Shown here: positions 15,827 to 25,530 of the stretch, in pieces | Numbering within the stretch: the stretch's first letter is position 1 | How the letters are laid out: each line of letters starts with the position of its first letter | Assembly (NCBI GenBank): GCA_017393775.1 | Contig: JAFOQN010000064.1 | Coordinates: 1-35,718 of the forward strand | Source: Clostridia bacterium | GTDB taxonomy: Bacteria > Bacillota > Clostridia > Christensenellales > CAG-138 | Reading direction: 5' to 3' | DNA length: 35,718 nt | Position numbers and translations under genes: made by a program | The notes under the pieces: model-generated | Told to the model about the DNA's origin: nothing | Database searches by the model: none | What the model saw: only the letters and a program-made list of their open reading frames with translations

Positions 15827-17950
15827 TTATCTGCGCCCGTGTCCGCCGTGCCCTCCGTATCCGCCAAACCCGTAATTTCCGGTCGCGCCTTCGGTCGCGG
15901 ATGACTGCGTCCAATTCAGGAACGCAGAACCGTCTTTTTCGACCGTGTAAGAACCGTTCAGCGTGAACGCATCGGACGCGATCCAGCAGGAGAAATAGGA
16001 TTCGTTCAGGTTGAACGAGAAGATCGTATTGCCGCTTGCGTCCGCAATGCGGTATTCACCCGCGGAAAAGCTCGCGCCGTTCGAAACGTAGGTGTTGACC
16101 GAGCCGTTCGAAGGGATCTGACAAATACCGCCCAGCGCGACGATCGTGCCGCCCGTGACGGAGACAGAACCATCCACATCGACCGAACCGGACATGCCGC
16201 CCATCTGCGAGCCGGAAAGCACCAGCACCGTGCCGCCGGTCATTGCAAAGCTGCCGTTCGAGTCGATCCCGTCCGTATCGCCGGACGACGTGCGGATCTC
16301 GGCGTAACCGCCGTTCACGTAAATCATCGGGGTCACATTGCCCTTGCAGGCGTTCAGCCCGTCGTCTCCGGCATACACAAAGATCGTGTCGCCGTTCAGC
16401 GTGATCACGTTCGCCTCAAGTCCCTCATGCGACTCGACAACGTTCACCGAACCGTCGTTGACGGTCAGCGCGTTGTCCGCATGTATGCCGTCGTCCGCCG
16501 ACGTCACCGTCACGGAGCCGCCGTTTAAGGTAATATCGCCCAGACCCGTCGCGCCGTTTTCCAGCGCCGTGCCGCCGTTGGCGTGCAGACCGTCGTCTCC
16601 GGCAAAGACCGTGACCGTTCCGGCGTTGACGATGATCTCGTTCTCCGCCTTGACGCCCTTGGAGGAATACGTCGTCTTCGACGAATTGCCGCCGCTTGTG
16701 ATCTGTACCCAGTCGCCAAAGAGCGTACCGCCGGAAACGGAGGTCAAAAGGTATCCGTTCATTGCCGTGTTGCACGTATCGCCGGTCGTGCTCGCCTTAT
16801 AGTTCGTACCGTCCGGCACTGCACCGTGCTCAACGATATGGAACAGGATGTTCCGGTATCCGTCCGGGATGCGGAACACGAGTCCGTAATACCCGGTGCG
16901 CCCGCTGTACACCATCGTCTCATATGCGCACTGCACGAATTCGCCCGCCGCATCGTCGTCATTATAGAAGTATGCATAGTAGTCGCAATTGTCGCTGTAC
17001 AGCGAGGTCGGGACGATCAGATACGTATCCGTACCCGCTGCGGACGATCCGACGTCCGCATACGACGCCGTATAGATGTTGACGGTGCAGGTCTCCTCCT
17101 CGGAGATCTCGACGTTGTATGCAGCGCTGATGCCGTCGCACGCCGCGTAGATATCGACCTGTCCGCCCGTGATCGACACGGTCCCGCGCTGTTTGCCCTT
17201 ATTGGAGACGTCCGTGTTCTCCGTCTTGACGCCGTCGGACGCCGTGGAGATCAGCATCAGATTTCCGGATTTGATCTCGATCGAATCATTGCCCTTCAGC
17301 GCGTTGCCCGTTGCGGTGACCTTGAGCGTCATATTCTTGACGGACAGATCGTCCTTGGATTTCACACCGTTGTCGAACGCGGTCTCAACGATCAGCGTAC
17401 CGTTTCCGGTGAGTTTGAGATCGCAGGTCGCGTAGATCGCGGCGTCCTCTTCGACGCCGTCCGTACTGCCGGTCCGGAGATCGGTGACGGTGTTATAGGT
17501 GTCCTTCTGCGCTTTGACTGTCACTTCGGACGCGTTCTTCACAAGGATCGGCGCGCCGAAGCTGCACGAGATCGAAGCGTTGTTCAAAAGCAGCTTGACC
17601 TCATCTTCGTCGCCCGCATCCACGACAATCTGCCCATCGGAGAGCGCGCCGGAGAGCGTATACTCGCCCGCTGCGGTGATCGTGTAGACCGAACCGTCCC
17701 GCATGATCTCTCCCCCGTCGGAGGTCGCGGTAAAATCATCCGTCGATACCTTCGTGCTGTCGGTCGGATCGGTCAGTGCTTCGGTATTGACCGGCACGGC
17801 GGTTTCCTGTGCCGTCACCGGAACAGCAGTGCTGCTCTCCGGGGTGATCACGATCGAATCCGAGGATGTTTCTGCGTTTGTCTGCGTCTTGCCCCCGCAT
17901 GCAGTGCAGAGAAGTGCAAGAAGAATGATACCTGCAAATAATCGTTTCAT
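15827..17950 (-). CDS. Lipoprotein with Cthe_2159/DUF4353 beta-helix carbohydrate-binding domain
   Basis: Lipobox LLCTAC, VYTITAAGEYTLSG, and repeated DG(I/L/V)x(A/S) and GGxVxV beta-helix coils. ATG 17950 after SD AAAGGA. Confidence 0.88.
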   Translation of the reverse strand: MKRLFAGIILLALLCTACGGKTQTNAETSSDSIVITPESSTAVPVTAQETAVPVNTEALTDPTDSTKVSTDDFTATSDGGEIMRDGSVYTITAAGEYTLSGALSDGQIVVDAGDEDEVKLLLNNASISCSFGAPILVKNASEVTVKAQKDTYNTVTDLRTGSTDGVEEDAAIYATCDLKLTGNGTLIVETAFDNGVKSKDDLSVKNMTLKVTATGNALKGNDSIEIKSGNLMLISTASDGVKTENTDVSNKGKQRGTVSITGGQVDIYAACDGISAAYNVEISEEETCTVNIYTASYADVGSSAAGTDTYLIVPTSLYSDNCDYYAYFYNDDDAAGEFVQCAYETMVYSGRTGYYGLVFRIPDGYRNILFHIVEHGAVPDGTNYKASTTGDTCNTAMNGYLLTSVSGGTLFGDWVQITSGGNSSKTTYSSKGVKAENEIIVNAGTVTVFAGDDGLHANGGTALENGATGLGDITLNGGSVTVTSADDGIHADNALTVNDGSVNVVESHEGLEANVITLNGDTIFVYAGDDGLNACKGNVTPMIYVNGGYAEIRTSSGDTDGIDSNGSFAMTGGTVLVLSGSQMGGMSGSVDVDGSVSVTGGTIVALGGICQIPSNGSVNTYVSNGASFSAGEYRIADASGNTIFSFNLNESYFSCWIASDAFTLNGSYTVEKDGSAFLNWTQSSATEGATGNYGFGGYGGHGGHGRR

Positions 17951-17971
17951 GGCTTTTTCCTTTCTGTAAAC

Positions 17972-18000
17972 AGTGTACAGGATGAGAGAACGTTTGGCAA
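17972..18000 (-). promoter_or_regulatory. Possible internal sigma-A promoter for the lipoprotein gene
   Basis: TTGCCA-17 nt-TACACT in the short intergenic gap. Confidence 0.5.
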
Positions 18001-18005
18001 CGGCT

Positions 18006-18677
18006 TTATAATTGCGCCTGCTGTTCGCTGTACGGAAGCAGCGCGATCTCAAGGTTGCCGTTTCTGGTGCGGAGCTCGTCGATGAAAGCTTTCTCCTCCT
18101 TCGGATCCTTCATGCGGATCAGGTACGAGAGACGGAACATCGAGCCCATACCGGTCGTTTTGACGCCGAGACGCTCGACGCTCTTTAAATACCGTGCAAA
18201 CGGTTCATCGAACATTTCGGTGTATTCCAGCGATTCCGGCACGGTCACCTTCAGCAGACGCTCCTCGTGCATCGGCTTGCTGTCAAAGAGATGCAGCGAC
18301 GCAAAAAGGAAGTACAAAAGCGCAAGCGCGATGAGAATGATCACGCCGTAGGCAAGATAGCCCATGCCGAAGGCAATGCCCGCGCCCATGGCGATCAAAA
18401 TCGCGGCAATCTCGTCTGCCGTGCCCTGCGCCGAGCGGAAGCGGATCAGACTGAACGCGCCGCCGATTGCGACGCCCGCGCCGATGTTGCCGTTCACGAA
18501 GGTGATGACCGCGCCGACGACAAACGGGATCAGCGCCGCAACAATGAAGAAGCGTTTGGTGGAGCGCACCCGCCGCGACATAATCCAGGCAAACAAGAGT
18601 CCCGAAAGAACGGCGACGCCCGCCATCCAAAAGAATTCCATTGCAGTAACGGTAGAAGAATAGATCGAATCAAACAT
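18006..18677 (-). CDS. DUF4956 domain membrane protein
   Basis: VNGNIGAGVAIGGAFSLIRFRS, GIAFGMGY, C-terminal FIDELRTRNGNLEI. Adjacent to the VTC gene. Confidence 0.88.
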   Translation of the reverse strand: MFDSIYSSTVTAMEFFWMAGVAVLSGLLFAWIMSRRVRSTKRFFIVAALIPFVVGAVITFVNGNIGAGVAIGGAFSLIRFRSAQGTADEIAAILIAMGAGIAFGMGYLAYGVIILIALALLYFLFASLHLFDSKPMHEERLLKVTVPESLEYTEMFDEPFARYLKSVERLGVKTTGMGSMFRLSYLIRMKDPKEEKAFIDELRTRNGNLEIALLPYSEQQAQL

Positions 18678-18695
18678 TGTAAAAACCCCCTTCAC

Positions 18696-19403
18696 TCAGT
18701 TTCTGCTGCGCATCCCGAGCCGGTACGCTTCGCCGTATTTGCTGATGCTCCCGTGTTTGATGTTCCCGTCGGACAAAATGCGGACCAGCCACAGCGGGAT
18801 CGTGTCCTGCACCTTGATCTCAAGGATCGTCTCGCCCGGGTCCAGCAAAGGGATTCCGACCGGCGCATAGTCGAAGGACAGCGCATCCAGGCGATAGCGC
18901 GGATTGCGGTCGACGGTCAGCCTGAGATCCCCGTCCGGCTCGTAATACGCGGTGCGGTCGTAAAGGATCATGCACGCGGGCTCAAGATTTTTGTAGTAAT
19001 CGCGAAAATACGTGATCTCGCGGTCGATCTGACCTTCTTCATCGAGATTCAATTCCCCCGCAAAAAACCGGTTGACTTCCGGAACCGTCGCCTGTACGCG
19101 GCGCTTGTAGACGATTCCGAACGCCTTGCGCTTAAGTTCCAGAAAGACCGGAGACGCATTCGTCGCGCGGCCGTAAGCGCGCAGGCGGATCTTCTCCTTG
19201 AACGCCGGTTTTTCAATCGAGGTTCTGACGATCCTTCTGTCCGGTGTGTCATAATACAGCGACTGGATCGTCGTGAGCCCGTACGCGTCCGGCTTCATGT
19301 GTCCCACGAGCCGCTCGCAGAAGAATTCCGTCTGCTCCGCGCTTAAGATGTATTTCCATTCGACCCGCTGCATCACAGTGATCGGCGCCTGTACGCTTTC
19401 CAT
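18696..19403 (-). CDS. VTC-domain (CYTH-like) polyphosphate polymerase family protein
   Basis: RVEWKY, SLYYDT, KIRLRAY, FLELKRK, YKRR, LRLTVD, LEIK, ISKY. ATG 19403 after SD GTGAGG. Confidence 0.92.
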   Translation of the reverse strand: MESVQAPITVMQRVEWKYILSAEQTEFFCERLVGHMKPDAYGLTTIQSLYYDTPDRRIVRTSIEKPAFKEKIRLRAYGRATNASPVFLELKRKAFGIVYKRRVQATVPEVNRFFAGELNLDEEGQIDREITYFRDYYKNLEPACMILYDRTAYYEPDGDLRLTVDRNPRYRLDALSFDYAPVGIPLLDPGETILEIKVQDTIPLWLVRILSDGNIKHGSISKYGEAYRLGMRSRN

Positions 19404-19433
19404 CTGCGTGTCCTCACTTTCTTTGATGGTACC

Positions 19434-19465
19434 ATCATACAAGCGCTTCCTAAAACGAAATTAAA
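19434..19465 (-). promoter_or_regulatory. OmpR/CiaR-like direct-repeat box plus -10 of the VTC operon
   Basis: TTTAAT-TTCGT-TTTAGG-N9-TATGAT. Confidence 0.55.
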
Positions 19466-19500
19466 ATACGAAAACTTTTTTGGAGCGTATTCTTATGAGA

Positions 19501-19545
19501 AAAGCAAAAGGCTGCAAAACGCCGGTCACGGTATGTTTTGCAGCC
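19501..19545 (-). terminator. Intrinsic terminator at the end of the cob transcript
   Basis: GGCTGCAAAAC...GTTTTGCAGCC stem followed by TTTTGCTTT on the minus strand. Confidence 0.75.
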
Positions 19546-19567
19546 ACAGAACGGATCACTATGCGGG

Positions 19568-19819
19568 TTATTTCAGTTGTTCGTAGTCTTCGTTTGCGAC
19601 CGGCTCGCACCATTCGGCGGAAGCGTCTTCGCCCGGGACTTCGATGGCAGGATGCGCGAACCATGCGTCCGGCGCGGCGCCGTGCCAGTGCTTGACGTTT
19701 GCGGGAATGTTGACGATATCACCGGGATGTAATTCCCGCGGTTCCTTACCCCACTCCTGATAGTATCCTCTGCCGCCGGCACAGATCAGCATCTGTCCGC
19801 CGGATGGGTTTTTGTGTAT
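19568..19819 (-). pseudogene. C-terminal remnant of a cupin-domain protein
   Basis: IHKNPSGGQMLICAGGRGYYQEWG...PGDIVNIPANVKHWHGA. The N-terminal part and an RBS are missing. Confidence 0.7.
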
Positions 19820-20080
19820 TCAGTCCTGCTTTCTTGCGCGCTCGGCGATGTCAGGCCAGCGTTTCAAAATGTACTGCACCGCATTGCGTGAATGCGGGAT
19901 CATGCAGTCAGTACAGTTTTTGATGCCGGATTCCATGTAGGTAAAGTTGCCGCCGCATTTGTCGCCCAGCATGTACAGCGGGCAGTAGCAGAAGAGGCAG
20001 TTGAAATCCTCGGGATGGTCCGTCTTGTGACACGGGAAATACTTGCAGTCGGTGTTGTTGATAAAAGAATCGCTGTTCAT
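19820..20080 (-). CDS. Cysteine-rich small domain protein (cob-operon associated)
   Basis: CKYFPCH...FNCLFCYCPLY...CGGN...KNCTDCMIPH. Confidence 0.85.
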   Translation of the reverse strand: MNSDSFINNTDCKYFPCHKTDHPEDFNCLFCYCPLYMLGDKCGGNFTYMESGIKNCTDCMIPHSRNAVQYILKRWPDIAERARKQD

Positions 20081-20721
20081 TTTGCTGCTCCTCTCGTTTC
20101 ATCAATTATGTACAACAGCGCGTTGATGATGCACGCCGCAACATTGCTGCCGCCCTTTCTGCCGCGGGCGACGATGCAGGGCACGTCGGTTTCGATGATC
20201 AGCTCCTTCGACGCGACGACGTTCACAAAGCCTACCGGCACGCCGACGATGAGTCTGGGACGGTAGCCGTTGTCGATCAATTCTCTTAACCGGATCAATG
20301 CCGTCGGCGCATTGCCGATCGCAAAGATCACGTTTTCGCCTAAGGCTGCCGCCTTATCCATGCTGACGCGCGCACGGGTCACGCCCTGTTCCTTTGCTTC
20401 CCTTGCAACGTCTTCGTCGGACATGAAGCAGAACGCTTCGCATCCGAGCTTCATTGCCGTGCGTTTATTGATCCCCGCGAGCGCCATCTGCGTATCGGTG
20501 ACGATCGCAGCGCCGCCCTTCAGCGCGTCGATGGCAAGCTGTACGGCGTTTTCGGAGAAATACAGATTATCGGCGTAGTCGAAATCCGCCGTTGTATGGA
20601 TCACACGCTTCAGGATCGGCGCTTTTTCGGGGTCGATCTGCCGATCGCCGAGTTCCTTTGTGATGATGCGAAAGCTCTCGCGCTCGATCTCCATCGGCGC
20701 AATCTTTTGGATCTCCGTCAT
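20077..20721 (-). CDS. cbiC: Cobalt-precorrin-8 methylmutase (CobH/CbiC)
   Basis: [35 protein letters not shown]. Confidence 0.95.
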   Translation of the reverse strand: MTEIQKIAPMEIERESFRIITKELGDRQIDPEKAPILKRVIHTTADFDYADNLYFSENAVQLAIDALKGGAAIVTDTQMALAGINKRTAMKLGCEAFCFMSDEDVAREAKEQGVTRARVSMDKAAALGENVIFAIGNAPTALIRLRELIDNGYRPRLIVGVPVGFVNVVASKELIIETDVPCIVARGRKGGSNVAACIINALLYIIDETRGAAK

Positions 20722-22217
20722 ACGCCCTCCTTTAAGATGCGATATACTGCGTTCATGTCCATATGACTGCGGATCGTGTCTGCCAGCAGATCATACTGCT
20801 GCTGCTTGTGCGCTTCACCCGACACGCGTCCCAAAAGTGCGGGATCGACGCCCTTGCGTTCGGCAAGCATTCGCACCAGTGCGCCGGCAACCGCATCGCC
20901 GTCTAAAATGCCGTGCACATAGCTTCCGCAGACGTTTCCGTGCGCCGCGCCGTCGGTCTTTGCTGCACCCGTGACCGCGTCGGTGATCTTTGCGATCGGC
21001 GTGTCGCTTTCCGTTACGCCCATGTGGATCTCGTAACCATCGAAGCTGAGCCCCGAAAGCGCGGAAAACAAGCCGCTAAGCGTGTCGAACGCGCCGGATA
21101 CGCGGGTTCGCGTTTTTTGCTCCGTAAACGTCGTTTCAACCGGCAGAAGTCCCATGCCGCGCAAAGTGCCGCCGTGCTCCACGTTGTGGGGATCGTTGAG
21201 TGTTTTTCCAAGCATCTGATAGCCGCCGCAGATGCCGAACACCGCTCCGCCGGAATCGGCAAAGCGCAGGATTTTTGCTTCGAGCCCGCTTTGTCTGAGC
21301 CACAGAAGGTCCGCCATCGTGTTTTTCGTGCCGGGCAGGATCACAAGGTCCGGCTCGCCGAACGCGCGCGTTGAGGAAACGTATCGAACGGACACGCCGT
21401 CGATCGCTTCCAGCGCCCGAAAATCGGTAAAGTTTGAAAGACGAGGCAGCCGCATGACCGCGATATCAACGAGCGCCGCCGCTTTGTTTTCGAGCCGCTC
21501 GGAAAGAGAATCCTCGTCGTCGATGTCGAGATGCACATACGGTACGACGCCGACGACCGGAACGCCCGTCAGCGTTTCGAGCTGTTTTAAGCCCGGCGTC
21601 AGGATCGATTCGTCGCCGCGGAATTTGTTGATGATCACGCCCTTGACCAAAGCGCGTTCGTCGGGATCCAGGAGCGCGACCGTGCCGTATAATTGCGCGA
21701 ATACGCCGCCGCGGTCGATGTCGCCGACCAAAAGTACCGGCGCCTTTGCCGCCTTCGCCATACCCATGTTCACAAACACGTCCGCGTCCTTCAAATTGAT
21801 CTCGGCGGGACTGCCCGCACCTTCGATCACGATCACGTCGTTTTGTTCGGAAAGCGCATTGTACGCCTTCATGACCTCGGGCATCAGCGTCTTTTTGATC
21901 CGAAAATAGTCGCGCGCGGAAAGCTGCGCATAAACTTCGCCGTTTACAATGACCTGCGACCCCATGTCGCTCGTGGGTTTCAAAAGGATCGGGTTCATCA
22001 GCACCGAAGGCTCGACGCCCGCAGCCTCCGCCTGCACGACCTGCGCGCGGCCCATTTCCAGCCCTTCCTTTGTGATGAACGAGTTCAGCGCCATGTTCTG
22101 CGCCTTGAACGGTGCGACGCGAAGTCCGTCCTGTTTGAACACGCGGCACAGTCCCGCCGCAATGAGGCTCTTGCCCGCATTGGACATGGTTCCCTGGATC
22201 ATGATCGCGTTTGCCAT
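20718..22217 (-). CDS. cbiP: Cobyric acid synthase (CobQ/CbiP)
   Basis: [44 protein letters not shown]. Confidence 0.96.
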   Translation of the reverse strand: MANAIMIQGTMSNAGKSLIAAGLCRVFKQDGLRVAPFKAQNMALNSFITKEGLEMGRAQVVQAEAAGVEPSVLMNPILLKPTSDMGSQVIVNGEVYAQLSARDYFRIKKTLMPEVMKAYNALSEQNDVIVIEGAGSPAEINLKDADVFVNMGMAKAAKAPVLLVGDIDRGGVFAQLYGTVALLDPDERALVKGVIINKFRGDESILTPGLKQLETLTGVPVVGVVPYVHLDIDDEDSLSERLENKAAALVDIAVMRLPRLSNFTDFRALEAIDGVSVRYVSSTRAFGEPDLVILPGTKNTMADLLWLRQSGLEAKILRFADSGGAVFGICGGYQMLGKTLNDPHNVEHGGTLRGMGLLPVETTFTEQKTRTRVSGAFDTLSGLFSALSGLSFDGYEIHMGVTESDTPIAKITDAVTGAAKTDGAAHGNVCGSYVHGILDGDAVAGALVRMLAERKGVDPALLGRVSGEAHKQQQYDLLADTIRSHMDMNAVYRILKEGV

Positions 22218-23567
22218 TTATACCTCCTTCGCCGCAAGCCGTAAAAACCGCTCGACCGGCTTTGGGTTCGATTCATAGAAGAGATGCGGAAAGCCTGCAA
22301 GGAGATTCCCGTTTGCGTGCATGCACGTCCAATCTCTGCCGTTCGGCTTGACGGCGGAAAACGCCGAGCCGGGATCATTGCTTTCGAAATAGTGAAACTC
22401 GTGCGCTTTGATCGTTTCACCCGCCTTAAAAAACGCCGTATCCGCGTTCGCGGAAAGCGTGATATAGCCGAATCTGGAAAGCTTTTGCGTGCGGTACGCA
22501 TCCGCTTTGATCACGCCGCACATCGGATACGGGGTCCCGTCCATGTCGGAAAGCGTATCGTGAAGATACAGAAATCCGCCGCACTCGGCAAGGCACGGCA
22601 TACCGTTCCCGATCGCCGTGCGGATCGCTTCGCGCATCGCTGCGTTTTCGGAAAGCCGCTTTGCGTAAAGCTCCGGGTATCCGCCGGGAAGGATGATCCC
22701 CTGCGTTCCCACGGGAAGCCTTGAATCGGTAAGCGGCGAGAACAGTTTCAGTTCCGCGTTGTATCGCTTGAGCAGCGCAAGATTGTCGCGATAGAGGAAG
22801 CAGAATGCTTCGTCCCGCGCCACCGCGATCACGGTTTTCGGCATGTTCGGCGTCTTTGGCGCTTCCGTTGCATCGAGCGCCGGCGCGGACTGCATCAGCG
22901 TATCGAGCGCGTCGAAATCGAGCGTTTGACTGAGAAGCGCCGCCAGCGCGTCGAGCTTTTCGGAAAGGCCGTTCACCTCATCCGGCGTGACAAGTCCCAG
23001 ATGCCGGCTTTCGAGCATCAGCGCATCGGACTTCGGCACGAAACCGACCGGAACGATGCCCATTGCTTCGACCTCCGGCTTCAGTGCCTTGTAAACATGC
23101 TCGCTCATGCGATTGAAGATCACGCCTTTGACGCCGCTGTTCGGTCGAAAATCCAGAAAGCCTCTGAGCGTCGCAAGTGCGGACAGGCTTTGCCCGCGCG
23201 CGTCAACGATCAACACGACCGGCGTATCGAGCGCTTTTGCGACGGAGAAGGTACTCGCCTGCTCGCTTGCCGCGCTCAGCCCGTCGTAATAGCCCATCAC
23301 GCCCTCGATCACGGCGCAGTCGGAGCCATCCGCGTTTTGCGCGTACAAGCGTTTGAGCGTCTCTTCACCGGAAAAGAACAGATCCAATGTACCGGATTTC
23401 ACGCCGACCACGCGCTCGTGAAACAGCGGGTCGATGTAGTCCGGTCCGCACTTGAACGCCGAAACGGCTTTCCCGCGGTTTTTAAGCGCGCGTAAGATCC
23501 CGCAGACGATCGTGGTTTTGCCGCTGCCGGACGCAGGCGCGGCGAACAAAACGCGCGGACTATGCAT
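22218..23567 (-). CDS. cbiA: Cobyrinate a,c-diamide synthase (CobB/CbiA)
   Basis: SGSGKTT, FKCGPDYIDP, EGVMG, SRHLGL, GGYPE, AECGG, HEFHY. Confidence 0.96.
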   Translation of the reverse strand: MHSPRVLFAAPASGSGKTTIVCGILRALKNRGKAVSAFKCGPDYIDPLFHERVVGVKSGTLDLFFSGEETLKRLYAQNADGSDCAVIEGVMGYYDGLSAASEQASTFSVAKALDTPVVLIVDARGQSLSALATLRGFLDFRPNSGVKGVIFNRMSEHVYKALKPEVEAMGIVPVGFVPKSDALMLESRHLGLVTPDEVNGLSEKLDALAALLSQTLDFDALDTLMQSAPALDATEAPKTPNMPKTVIAVARDEAFCFLYRDNLALLKRYNAELKLFSPLTDSRLPVGTQGIILPGGYPELYAKRLSENAAMREAIRTAIGNGMPCLAECGGFLYLHDTLSDMDGTPYPMCGVIKADAYRTQKLSRFGYITLSANADTAFFKAGETIKAHEFHYFESNDPGSAFSAVKPNGRDWTCMHANGNLLAGFPHLFYESNPKPVERFLRLAAKEV

Positions 23568-25530
23568 GCTCGCCGTCCCCCTCGCCGGAAATGATATAGA
23601 CTGGATTCTGTGCCGTCATCATGTGATAAGCTCCGACCTTGCGGCTTCTTGACACGTTCATCTCGACGATCTCCTCGTTGATGAGGCGCAGCGCTTTCAT
23701 CGCCGCCGTCGCCTCCGCAAAGGTCTCCGCAGTCACTGTGTTAATCACAATGCGCACCGCAGGATTCTTCTTCAGCGCCGCTTCCATGATCTCCTTCAGG
23801 TTGCCGCCGCTGCCGCCGATAAAGACATGCGTGGGGGCGGGAAGATCGGAAAGCGCCTCGGGCGCCGTGCCTGCAACGGCCGTAACATTCGGTACGCCGA
23901 GATGCCGCTTGTTCTGCTCGATCAATGCACAGGCGTCTGCGTTTCGTTCAATCGCGTAGATCTGTCCGTCCTCCGAAGCCTCCGCCATCTCGATCGACAC
24001 CGAGCCGGTGCCTGCGCCGACATCCCAGCAGATCGCTTGTTTCGTCAGCCGCAGCTTACTCAGCGTCACTGTGCGGACCTCGGACTTGGTCATCGGAACC
24101 TCAGTGCGAAGAAAATCGCCGTCCGCTCTGCCGTGTGTGACGACCGCGCGTTCCGCCTCCGGGTTCTCGATACAGACGATCGCAAGCGGCGAAAAATCTC
24201 GTCCCGCGAGCGTCTCCGCCGTGCCGCGTTCGATCGCTTCATTTTCGCTGCCGAGATCGGTCCCGACCGCGATCTGCAAACCTCCGAGACCGTTTTCACA
24301 CAGCAGATCGAGTTGATCTCGCACGCCGTGTTCCCCGCCGACCAGCACAAACGCGCGAGCATTTTTCCTGACTTTTGCGGGCAGATTAACCGTGCGTCCG
24401 TGCGCGGAAAGCAGCGCCGCGTCGTGATACGGCACGCCGAGCTTTGCCGCAAAATAAGAAACCGAGGAAATACCGGGCAGAACCGTAGGCCTCAGATCGG
24501 CAATCAGCGGCAGAAGCTTTTTCGCGCCGCTGAAAAACCCGGTATCCCCCGACATGGCGACAACGATACGCGCCGCGTTTGTTCTGCGCAGGATCGCCTC
24601 GATTTCCTTCGATGCGATCGCGATCTCGACCGGTTTTTGAAAGCGGCTGAGCGCTTCGGTCACGCGCTTTGCGCCGACCAAAAGGTCCGCCTGTCTGCAG
24701 GCGTGTACGGCGTCAGCGGTCAGCGTCCGTTCGCCGTCCATGCCGATACCGATCACCGTGATCTGCTTGTTTCTTCGGATCCCATACCGTTCGGAAAGAA
24801 TCGAAAGGCATTCCGCTTCGGAAATACCGCGCTCCTCGTCCGGACGGCGGATTACCACGGGGGTTGCTCCGCACGCCTTCGCCGCTTTGATTTTTTCCGC
24901 AAAGCCGCCTGACGCGCCGGTATCCTTGGTGACGAGAATCGCCGCATCGATCGCTTTGATCGTTGCCTCGTTCAGTTCCTGGGAAAACGGTCCCTGCATA
25001 CAGATGAGATTTTTGCCGGAAAAACCGAGCGCAAACGCCGCGTCGGTCGATTCTTTGACCGGCAAGATGCGGGCGAACAGCCGTGTTTCATAATCTTTGA
25101 CCGCCGTGTACCGACGCAGTTCCTTGCTTCCGACGGTTAGAAGCACGTTGCCCTGCGTTCCGTTGAGATAGTGGATTGCGGCGTCCGTGTCGTTTACGAA
25201 CACGCAGCCGTCCGCATTCTCCGATGCGCGCAGCACGCGGAGATATTCCGTTCCGGTCCTTTCGGCAGCGGCCTTCAACGTCTTGGTGACTTCCTGCGCA
25301 TACGGATGTGTCGCGTCGATCAGAAGCTGCGCCTGCGTTTCTTTGAGCAGCGCTTCGATCTCCTCCGCATTTTTTCTGCCGTGCAGTACCGTGATGTTAT
25401 CGGCAGGCGCGATCAGTGTTTCGCCGTATTCGGTGGCGACGCTGACAAAGAGATGCACCGGCTGATCCCTGAGCGCCTCGGCGATCTCGCGCCCCTCAGT
25501 CGTGCCTGCGAACAAAAGTATGCTATTCAT
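23560..25530 (-). CDS. cbiJ-cbiE-cbiT: Fused precorrin-6A reductase (CobK/CbiJ) and C5/C15-methyltransferases (CbiE, CbiT)
   Basis: FAGTTEG and IDATHPYA (CbiJ). IGIG, SGDTGFFSG and PGISS (CbiE). PMTKSEVR, WDVGAGTGS and VFIGGS (CbiT). Confidence 0.93.
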   Translation of the reverse strand: MNSILLFAGTTEGREIAEALRDQPVHLFVSVATEYGETLIAPADNITVLHGRKNAEEIEALLKETQAQLLIDATHPYAQEVTKTLKAAAERTGTEYLRVLRASENADGCVFVNDTDAAIHYLNGTQGNVLLTVGSKELRRYTAVKDYETRLFARILPVKESTDAAFALGFSGKNLICMQGPFSQELNEATIKAIDAAILVTKDTGASGGFAEKIKAAKACGATPVVIRRPDEERGISEAECLSILSERYGIRRNKQITVIGIGMDGERTLTADAVHACRQADLLVGAKRVTEALSRFQKPVEIAIASKEIEAILRRTNAARIVVAMSGDTGFFSGAKKLLPLIADLRPTVLPGISSVSYFAAKLGVPYHDAALLSAHGRTVNLPAKVRKNARAFVLVGGEHGVRDQLDLLCENGLGGLQIAVGTDLGSENEAIERGTAETLAGRDFSPLAIVCIENPEAERAVVTHGRADGDFLRTEVPMTKSEVRTVTLSKLRLTKQAICWDVGAGTGSVSIEMAEASEDGQIYAIERNADACALIEQNKRHLGVPNVTAVAGTAPEALSDLPAPTHVFIGGSGGNLKEIMEAALKKNPAVRIVINTVTAETFAEATAAMKALRLINEEIVEMNVSRSRKVGAYHMMTAQNPVYIISGEGDGEHA

